From: Planctomycetota bacterium
GTDB taxonomy: Bacteria; Planctomycetota; UBA1135; UBA2386
Direction of reading: 5' to 3'
DNA length: 64,000 nucleotides
Assembly (NCBI GenBank): GCA_965223545.1
Contig: OZ245006.1
Span: forward strand, 5,760,001 to 5,824,000
Part shown: positions 1-6,359 of the stretch, in pieces
Position numbering within the stretch: the stretch's first letter is position 1
How the letters are laid out: each line of letters opens with the position of its first letter
Made by a program: the position numbers and the translations under genes
The notes under the pieces: model-generated
What the model was told of the DNA's origin: nothing
Databases searched by the model: none
Seen by the model: the letters and a program-made list of their open reading frames with translations, nothing else

Positions 1-1266
1 GTTGCCGCCGGGTCATTGGCGCTGCTGGCGGTGGTCCACGGAGCTTGCGTCGGTGGCGTGCGCCGGTCGTTCGATCCGGGGCCCTTTGCCCTGGCCGCCC
101 AAGCGGCGTTGGCGGCGGGTGACCTGCGCCGCGCCGAGAGCTTGCTGCACGAGGCGCGGCGGCGCACGCGGGGCACCGACGCGGCGGTCCACCTCTGGCT
201 GGCCACGGTCGCGGCGATGCAGTGGCAGTCCGACGTCGCTCTGCGCCATCTCCGCGTCGTGCTCGACCTGCCCGATCGCGCCGGCTGGACCGAGGCCGAA
301 GTCCGCGGCGAGATGGGTGACCTGCTGTTCCGCGTCGGCCGTTACGGCGACAGCGCGGCCCATCTGCTGGCCGGCTCCGAGGGGCGTGCCGGCGATTCGC
401 GCCGTGCGCGGGGCGAGCTGGCTCGACTGCTGCCGTCGCTGCGCAAGACCCCCGCCGTGGAGTTCGCCGAGCTGCCGCTGCTGCAGGGCTCCCTGCCGAG
501 GTTGTTGTGCGCCGTCGGTCCGCTCGAGCGCGTGTTCGTGCTCGATACCGGCGCCAGCTTCTCGACTCTGTCGCGCAGCATGGCGGGCGAGCTCGGGGTC
601 GATCCGATCCTGTCCGCTGGGGTCGGCACCGACGGCCAGGGGCAGCGGTTTCCCACCGCCGTTGGCCGGCTGCCGACGTTTGCCCTCGGTGACGTGGATG
701 TGGGACCACAGCCGGTGCTGGTGGTCGACGACGATCGGCTGGCGGTGCGCGACGTCGCCGATGGGTTCGCCCGTGCGACCGGTGCGCTGGTCGGCCTCGA
801 CGTGATCACGCGGTTCTCCGCGACGCTCGATCCCGGCCGCGGCAGCCTCGTGCTGCGGCCGCCCGGGCGCCTCGCCGAAGTCGACTCGCAGCCGTGTCTG
901 TGGGTGCGCAACCGGCTGCTGGTGCCGGTCGAGATCGAGGAGCAGCGGCTGTGGTTCGCGTTGGACACCGGGGCCAGCGCGTCGAGCCTGACCGAGCAGG
1001 GCCTGGGGCTGTTGGTCGGCGGCCACGAACGCGCCCAAGAGGGCTTCCACGAAGTGCTGAGCCCCGGCGGCAGCCGCGTGTCGGTGCGCGTCGTGCGCGG
1101 CCTCGTGCTGCGGGTGAGCGATGTGCGCTTTCGCGGCGTCGACCTACCCGTCCTCGAGCGCGAGGCCCAGGACCTGTTCCCGCTGCACGGCGTTCTCGGC
1201 GCGGACCTGTTGCTGCGTTGTCGGACCACGTTGGATTCGGGGCGCGTGCGGATGGAGGCGTTCTGA
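1..1266 (+). CDS. Secreted/lipoprotein aspartyl protease with N-terminal TPR-like helices and two tandem retropepsin-like domains (5' end probably outside window)
   Basis: Two D-T-G-A-S motifs (VLDTGASFS, ALDTGASAS), each followed by a G-h-h-G-x-D motif; frame is open from position 1. Confidence 0.8.
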   Translation, partial: VAAGSLALLAVVHGACVGGVRRSFDPGPFALAAQAALAAGDLRRAESLLHEARRRTRGTDAAVHLWLATVAAMQWQSDVALRHLRVVLDLPDRAGWTEAEVRGEMGDLLFRVGRYGDSAAHLLAGSEGRAGDSRRARGELARLLPSLRKTPAVEFAELPLLQGSLPRLLCAVGPLERVFVLDTGASFSTLSRSMAGELGVDPILSAGVGTDGQGQRFPTAVGRLPTFALGDVDVGPQPVLVVDDDRLAVRDVADGFARATGALVGLDVITRFSATLDPGRGSLVLRPPGRLAEVDSQPCLWVRNRLLVPVEIEEQRLWFALDTGASASSLTEQGLGLLVGGHERAQEGFHEVLSPGGSRVSVRVVRGLVLRVSDVRFRGVDLPVLEREAQDLFPLHGVLGADLLLRCRTTLDSGRVRMEAF

Positions 1267-1382
1267 GCGTCAGGGTCCGCAAATCTTCGCGCGGCGACAA
1301 CCTTTCGGAAGGCTCGATTCCGCTAGAACTTCGACAACGCAGCTCCCTGAGGCTCGAAGATAACACTGGCCTCTGGGCTCAG
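1263..1382 (+). repeat. Repeat module A copy 1 (120 bp, CTGAGC...GCTCAG inverted ends)
   Basis: Aligns without gaps to 1464-1583, 2050-2169 and 23085-23204; includes the TGA stop of the upstream gene. Confidence 0.95.
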
Positions 1383-1463
1383 CGCGGCCGCCCGCGACCG
1401 CGGGACCCGCGACCGACGCTCGGGTCGCGGAATGCTCCGTGTTTGGTTGCGGCCCCGGCCGCG
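1383..1463 (+). repeat. Repeat module B copy 1 (81 bp palindromic, CGCGGCCG...CGGCCGCG); empty IS110 target site at 1445/1446
   Basis: 3 differences from 23205-23285; its reverse complement matches 2170-2187 joined to 4128-4189; internal stem CCGCGACC/GGTCGCGG. Confidence 0.95.
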
Positions 1464-1583
1464 CTGAGCCTCGGGGTCCGAGAATGTTCGAGCGGCAACA
1501 ACCTTTCGGAAGGCCCGTCGTCGCCGGGACTTCGATACCGCAACTCCCGGAGGCTCGAAGACAACACGGGCGTCTGCGCTCAG
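1464..1583 (+). repeat. Repeat module A copy 2 (120 bp)
   Basis: Only 2 differences from 23085-23204. Confidence 0.95.
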
Positions 1584-1604
1584 CGTGGCCGCCCGGCACC
1601 GCTG

Positions 1605-1673
1605 GACGATCAGGAAGCGGACGTCAGCGGCGCACGAGGCGGCCGACAGACCTCTGAAGCCGGGGTTCGTCAC
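1605..1673 (-). pseudogene. 5' fragment of a nucleotidyltransferase-like gene, truncated at the repeat
   Basis: MTNPGFRGLSAASCAADVRFLIV resembles the N-terminus (MNxDFxDLLxxFxxxxVRFLIVGG) of small MNT-like nucleotidyltransferases; it overlaps the end of the 70-aa partner gene and runs into the repeat arm. Confidence 0.55.
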
Positions 1674-1836
1674 CTTCTAGCCCTTGGATCGCGCGAGCGT
1701 CGCGCACCATGTCCCACAGTAGCGCGACCTTCTGTTCGCCGGAAAAGTTCGCCCAGAAGGCACGGTTCGCCGCCGCCTCGTCGTCGAAGCTGCGGAAGAG
1801 GCGTCCCGTCACACGTGGCCTTGGCTCGTCGGTCAC
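1624..1836 (-). CDS. Small hypothetical protein of the type usually paired with a downstream nucleotidyltransferase (TA-like partner)
   Basis: 70 aa with FWxxxSxEQKxxxxW and C-terminal DEPRLQRSVxRxxRR; GTG start preceded by AGGA. Confidence 0.65.
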   Translation of the reverse strand: MTDEPRPRVTGRLFRSFDDEAAANRAFWANFSGEQKVALLWDMVRDARAIQGLEGDEPRLQRSVGRLVRR

Positions 1837-1959
1837 GTCCTGATTCTACTGCATCACGGCGAGCGGGATGGTGTTCGATGCGCTCAGGCCAGCGCGGCCG
1901 GGCTGCAGCGCTTGGACTACACGCCTGGTGGCGGGCGCGGGCCAGTCGCCGGAGCTGAT

Positions 1960-2049
1960 CGTAGACCAGCGGCCAGCTTTGCGAGCCGGCTCAGCGCCTC
2001 GCCGACGATTTCGAACTGCCGTTCGACCGCGGCCTCGAGCAAACGGGTT
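1960..2049 (-). pseudogene. Internal fragment of HepT-like (DUF86) ribonuclease
   Basis: LLEAAVERQFEIVGEALSRLAK matches the DUF86 helix motif AVERxFEIIGEA; there is no start and no RNxxxH motif, and it abuts repeat A3. Confidence 0.65.
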
Positions 2050-2169
2050 CTGAGCGCCCGGGGCCGAGAATCTTCGCGCGGCGAAAACACTTGCGAAGGC
2101 CGGTTGTCGTCAGGACTTCCATACCACAACTCCCGGACGCTGGAAATCAACACGGGCGTCTGCGTTCAG
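2050..2169 (+). repeat. Repeat module A copy 3 (120 bp, diverged)
   Basis: Same length and ends as the other A copies, with many substitutions. Confidence 0.9.
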
Positions 2170-2187
2170 CGCGGCCGGGGCCGCAAC
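2170..2187 (-). repeat. Left part of inverted repeat module B copy 3, interrupted by IS110
   Basis: CGCGGCCGGGGCCGCAAC is the exact reverse complement of 1446-1463. Confidence 0.95.
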
Positions 2188-2201
2188 GGTATGTGTGGTT
2201 C

Positions 2202-2515
2202 CATGATCTGCGAAGCTAGAGTTCTCCACACCCGTCGCGCCGTAGCGGTGTGGAAGACTCGCGCGATGGTGCAGCCGCAGGAGTCGTGTCGGGAGTCTGG
2301 TCATCGGCCGCAAGAGAGCTTAGGGTCCCCCGGCGTGCGACGGAGAGGTTTCGCGATCTGCCGCAATGGTGGCGCTTCGAGCGGCCCCTCATTTGGTTCT
2401 GCGACTCTCCTCCCGCGTGGGGGACCCGATTTAGGAGATTGGCGGCGTGAGAAATCACGGCCCCGAAACACGAACCGTTTTGGCGACTCGCCTCCTCAGG
2501 CGGACTGCGCGGGTA
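2202..2515 (+). ncRNA. Predicted IS110 bridge RNA (5' hairpin 2219-2260; target-binding loop ~2342-2410; donor-binding loop ~2412-2513); ends approximate
   Basis: Guides GCCGCAA (2360-2366) and TTTGGTT (2392-2398) match the target; TTAGGAGAT (2431-2439) and ACCGT (2474-2478) match the IS ends; both loops share the scaffold GAT-N9-TGGYGGCG-hairpin-CGGCCCC...GCGACTC. Confidence 0.85.
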
Positions 2516-2561
2516 GGGAGAGTCCTCTCGTCGACACTCACTCGTTGAACATGGAGGGGAC

Positions 2562-4064
2562 ATGAATCGATTCGTTGGATTGGATCTCGGCTTGAGGAGC
2601 AAGCACCGAGCCGTCGTTCTGGATGGTGCGAAGTCTCGGGGCAGACCGTTTTCAGTCGAGAACAGCCGTGAGGGTATTGACCTTCTGCTGCGCCGTGCAC
2701 AGGAAGGTGCCGAGGGTCCGGTGAGCTTCGTGATGGAACCAACGGGGTTGGCGTGGCTGCCCATCGCGGCGCACGTGAACGCCGCAGGGTTCCAGATCTA
2801 CGTGAGCAAACCACAGAAGCTGAGCGACCTGCGGAAGTTCTATAGCAAGCACACCAAAACCGACGTAGTAGACGCCGAGGCCGCTGCGCGTCTGCCGCAG
2901 ATGGATCCAAAGGGCGTCCACCAGCTGCGTGTTCCAACTGCCGACGAGACGACGATCCGTCGACTCGTGAAGCGGCGTGAGCGGTTGGCGCGCGAGCTCA
3001 GCGACCACAAGCGTCGTGTGCACGCGATACTGGTACTGGCGAATCCCAGCCTCATGAAGGCCTTGGGGGCAGAGAAGTTCAGTGCCGCTAAGATGGGGTT
3101 TCTGCGGCGCTACGTCGATCCGGTGAAAGCGGTCGGCCTTGGGAAGAGTCGCTTGGAGCGCTTCTTGACGAAGCGATCCAAGGGAACGCATGACCCGTGC
3201 TTGGTCGACCGCGTGCTCGAGTCCTGCCGACAGGCCGCCGAGTACTACGCTGAGCTGCGAGCTGCGGGGCAGATGCCGTTCGACTACGAGGCCATCCAAG
3301 AGGATGTGGTGTACGAGCTGGATGAGATCGAGCGCAAGAACACGGACGTTCGCAAGCTCGACGCAAAGATCAAGAAGCTCTACCTGGGCGTCGATCCTGA
3401 CCGAACACTCGAGCAACTGCGCGGCGTCGGTCCCACGATCGCTGCGGCCATCGAAGCCTTGGTAGGCGACATCGCGCGGTTCTCGAACGGCAAGAAGTTC
3501 GTGAGCTACTGCGGACTGTGTCCACGCCGGAAGCAGACGGGCATGAGCGACCCCTCGATGCCAATCACCAAAACCGGCCAACGAGTACTCAAGAAGTACC
3601 TCTACCTAGCAGCTGACGTCGCTCGCCAGTGGGATCCGGATTTCGCGGCGTACTACGCTCGCCGCTACGCCGCAGGTGATCACCACAACCTCATCCTCAT
3701 CGCATTGGCTGGCAAGATGGCGCGCCGCGTCTACGCCCTCCTGAAGCGTCGCGACAGCCAGCGCGCCGATGACAAGCCGGCGTCGACGCAAGTCCGCTAC
3801 GTCCTGCGAGACGCCGACGGCAACGAGCTCACGAAGGTTGCCGCGCGCGCGCTCATCGCAGCCAAGTTCACGCGCAGCATCGTCGCGCCACAGCGGCATG
3901 AGCGCGACCAACGGCGACAGGGACGAGTGGGGACTCCGACGACGAGGGACTTGAGTGGCCGCCCAATGGACGCCACAGGCCTGGCCGTGGAATCCCCACG
4001 TCAACCTCACCCGATCGGTGATCTCATGCAAGAACACTTCCCTGGTCTTGTGGAAGAGTCCTGA
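2562..4064 (+). CDS. IS110-family transposase/bridge recombinase (500 aa)
   Basis: RuvC-like DEDD residues D8 (GLDLG), E59 (MEPTG), D101/D104 (KTDVVD); Tnp domain LRGVGP...SYCGLCPRRKQTG...ITKTG...YLAA; RBS GGAGG upstream. Confidence 0.97.
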   Translation: MNRFVGLDLGLRSKHRAVVLDGAKSRGRPFSVENSREGIDLLLRRAQEGAEGPVSFVMEPTGLAWLPIAAHVNAAGFQIYVSKPQKLSDLRKFYSKHTKTDVVDAEAAARLPQMDPKGVHQLRVPTADETTIRRLVKRRERLARELSDHKRRVHAILVLANPSLMKALGAEKFSAAKMGFLRRYVDPVKAVGLGKSRLERFLTKRSKGTHDPCLVDRVLESCRQAAEYYAELRAAGQMPFDYEAIQEDVVYELDEIERKNTDVRKLDAKIKKLYLGVDPDRTLEQLRGVGPTIAAAIEALVGDIARFSNGKKFVSYCGLCPRRKQTGMSDPSMPITKTGQRVLKKYLYLAADVARQWDPDFAAYYARRYAAGDHHNLILIALAGKMARRVYALLKRRDSQRADDKPASTQVRYVLRDADGNELTKVAARALIAAKFTRSIVAPQRHERDQRRQGRVGTPTTRDLSGRPMDATGLAVESPRQPHPIGDLMQEHFPGLVEES

Positions 4065-4106
4065 ACAAGCCGTGCACACGCGATGTCGAGCCCCAGCGAA
4101 AACCCC

Positions 4107-4112
4107 TTGACA
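4107..4112 (+). promoter_or_regulatory. -35 box (TTGACA) in the IS right end; pairs with the -10-like TATGTG (2190-2195) only in the excised circle
   Basis: 15 nt to the right end plus 2 nt of the left end give a 17-bp spacer. Confidence 0.75.
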
Positions 4113-4127
4113 TGACTTAGGAGATAT

Positions 4128-4189
4128 CAAACACGGAGCATTCCGCGACCCGAGGTCGGTCGCGGGTCCCGCGGTCGCCGGCGGCCGCG
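4128..4189 (-). repeat. Right part of inverted repeat module B copy 3
   Basis: CAAACACGGAGCATTCCGCGACCCGAG...GGCGGCCGCG matches the reverse complement of B (1-nt deletion); followed by CTGAGC. Confidence 0.95.
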
Positions 4190-4277
4190 CTGAGCGTAGT
4201 CCCCAAAGCTCTTACCCACCGTGGACTCGAAGTCAGCATCTCTACGACGAGCGAGCCGTGCGCGCTACTTTCGCGGT

Positions 4278-4472
4278 ATGGCGGACTGGACGTCGTTCTA
4301 CTACCAGCTGGCGGTCGGTGGATTGGTGTTTGCCGTCGGCATGTTCGTCGGTGTGCGCACCGGCCAGCTCGGCGGTAGTGGGCGTGGCCTGCGCCGCGCT
4401 GGCTGGCTGCTGGCGGGGTTGGTCTTCTTCGCGGCGCTGCAGGCGGCGCTGACCGCGTGGGGTGGGCCGTGA
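4278..4472 (+). CDS. Small two-TM membrane protein, likely SSS transporter accessory subunit
   Basis: 64 aa with two hydrophobic segments; stop overlaps the GTG of the symporter. Confidence 0.7.
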   Translation: MADWTSFYYQLAVGGLVFAVGMFVGVRTGQLGGSGRGLRRAGWLLAGLVFFAALQAALTAWGGP

Positions 4473-6340
4473 CGGCGCAGGTGGCGCTGCACGGCCTCGA
4501 TGTGGCCGTCGTGCTGGTCTACTTCGCCGGCATCACGGCGTTCGGCGCGTTCGTCGGCCGCTCGGTCGGCACGACGCGTGACTTCTTTCTCGCCGGGCAG
4601 CGGTTTCCGGCGTGGTTGGTGGCGTTCTCCTGCGTGGCGACGCTCGTTGGCTCCTACTCCTTCGTCAAGTACAGCTCGCGGGGCTTCGAGCACGGCCTGT
4701 CGTCGTCGCAGACCTACCTGAACGACTGGTACTGGATGCCGCTGTGGATGCTCGGCTGGTTGCCGATGATCTACTTCGGCGGCGTGCTGTCGGTGCCGGA
4801 GTACTTCGGTCGACGCTTCGATCGCCGGGCGCGGGCGGCGGCCACCGTGATGCTGCTGCTGTATCTGGTCGGCTACATCGGCATCAACCTGTACACCATC
4901 GGCGTCGCGCTCGAGACCCTGCTGCGCGGCTCACTCGGCCTCGACACCCTGACGCTGGCCGCGATCACAGCGGCGCTGTGCATGGCTTATGAGTTCACCG
5001 GTGGCCAGCTGTCGGTGATCTTCACCGATCTGGTTCAGGGTGTGCTGCTTCTCGTCGTCGGCCTCTTGCTGTTCGCCGTCGGCATCGCCCATCTCGGTGG
5101 GCTCGATCAGTTCTGGCAGCTGCTGCCCGCGGGCCACCGCCAACCCCTGCCGGCGTTCAACGACGACCCCGGCTGGAACTTCGTCGGCATCTTTTGCCAA
5201 GACGGCGTCGCCGGTGGGGTGGCGTTCTACTTCATGAGCCAGGCGATGCTGATGCGCTTCCTGTCGGCGCGCTCGGTCGGCACCGCGCGGCGCGCCGCGG
5301 CGCTGGTGGTGATCGTGCTGATGCCGCTGGCGGCGATCGCCGTGTCGGGAGCCGGCTGGCTCGGTGCCGCCATGGTCGGCAAGGGCACGCTGCCCGCCGA
5401 TACCGCGCCGAGCGACGTGTTCGTCGTGGTCGCGCACCTGCTTTGCGGTCCTGGGCTGTTCGGCCTGGTGGTGGCGGCCATGCTGGCGGCGCTGATGTCG
5501 ACGGCCGACACCCTGATCAACGCGTCGTCGGCCGTGCTGATCAACGACGTCTACCGGCCCATGCGCCCGGGCCGAGACGACCGGCACTACCTGCGGGCGG
5601 CGCGGTTGGCGTCGCTCTTGGTCGCCGCGATCGGCTTGGCACTGGTGCCCGTCTACCAGGGGTTCGCCTCGATCTACCAGGCGCACGGCGCCTTCACGGC
5701 GGCGATCACTCCGCCGCTCGTGGCGGCGATCCTGCTGGCGTGCACTTGGCCGCGGATGACGACTGCCGGAGCACTCGCCACCCTGATCGGTGGTGCGGCC
5801 GCGATGTTGGCGTCGATCCCGTGGCCCGGTCTGGTGGCGCCGTTTGCCCACGGCGTGCCGCCGGACGGTGGCTACACCTACGTGCGCGCCTGTTACGGTC
5901 TGGCAGCAGCGATGCTGCTGGGCATCGGCGTCAGCCTCTGCACGGCGCCCCGCCCGCGGGCCGAGATCGACGCGCTGACCGTGTGGGGTTGCCGCAAGCG
6001 CGCCTCGACCAGCGCGACGGCGGCCGGGCGCTCCCGCCGTTGGCGCGGACACGCCGCGGCCGCGCCGTTGGTAGCGGACGCGCGAACGCAGGTCGCGGCC
6101 GACGGTGCCCTGCCCGAAGTCGGGCTGTCGCGCGCGGCGCGCGCGCGCCTGGCGGTGGACACCGGCGACGTCGTGTTCATCGACGAGGCGCGGTGGTGGC
6201 GCGGTGGGTTGAGCTCGGTGCGGGCGCGGGTCGGCGCCGAGATCGTCGACGGCGACGGCACGCTCCGACTGGCGCCGGCGGCGATGCGCGCGGCCGGCTT
6301 CGCCGAGCGCGCGGCGGTCGTCGTCGAGCGCGTCGATTGA
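4469..6340 (+). CDS. Sodium:solute symporter (SSS) family protein with soluble C-terminal domain
   Basis: DFFLAG, SVPEYFGRRFD, TDLVQG and AALMST motifs; about 13 TM segments. Confidence 0.92.
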   Translation: MTAQVALHGLDVAVVLVYFAGITAFGAFVGRSVGTTRDFFLAGQRFPAWLVAFSCVATLVGSYSFVKYSSRGFEHGLSSSQTYLNDWYWMPLWMLGWLPMIYFGGVLSVPEYFGRRFDRRARAAATVMLLLYLVGYIGINLYTIGVALETLLRGSLGLDTLTLAAITAALCMAYEFTGGQLSVIFTDLVQGVLLLVVGLLLFAVGIAHLGGLDQFWQLLPAGHRQPLPAFNDDPGWNFVGIFCQDGVAGGVAFYFMSQAMLMRFLSARSVGTARRAAALVVIVLMPLAAIAVSGAGWLGAAMVGKGTLPADTAPSDVFVVVAHLLCGPGLFGLVVAAMLAALMSTADTLINASSAVLINDVYRPMRPGRDDRHYLRAARLASLLVAAIGLALVPVYQGFASIYQAHGAFTAAITPPLVAAILLACTWPRMTTAGALATLIGGAAAMLASIPWPGLVAPFAHGVPPDGGYTYVRACYGLAAAMLLGIGVSLCTAPRPRAEIDALTVWGCRKRASTSATAAGRSRRWRGHAAAAPLVADARTQVAADGALPEVGLSRAARARLAVDTGDVVFIDEARWWRGGLSSVRARVGAEIVDGDGTLRLAPAAMRAAGFAERAAVVVERVD

Positions 6341-6359
6341 TCCCGTGGTCGTTCGTCCG

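Larger units (their letters stand above)
2188..4127 (+). mobile_element. IS110-family insertion sequence (1940 bp) with long left non-coding end, no terminal inverted repeats, no target duplication
   Basis: Removing 2188-4127 restores the B repeat (GCCGCAAC|CAAACACGGAGC) as seen at the empty copies; encodes a DEDD recombinase. Confidence 0.95.

Noticed and set aside
1263..1583. A/B repeats as integron attC sites
   Set aside because: No RYYYAAC...GTTRRRY ends and no integron integrase in the window
1263..2187. A/B repeats as a CRISPR array
   Set aside because: Units are 81-120 bp, the would-be spacers are themselves repeated, and no cas genes are present
894..2565. ORFs reading through the repeats (894-1958, 1912-2565, also 23085-23297); module lengths are multiples of 3
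   Set aside because: Substitutions between copies are mostly non-synonymous and the products are not protein-like; open frames are expected at this GC content
2188..4127. IS1111-type sub-terminal inverted repeats or a target-site duplication
   Set aside because: The ends show no inverted match and the empty site is restored with no duplicated bases; the long non-coding end is on the left, as in IS110-group elements
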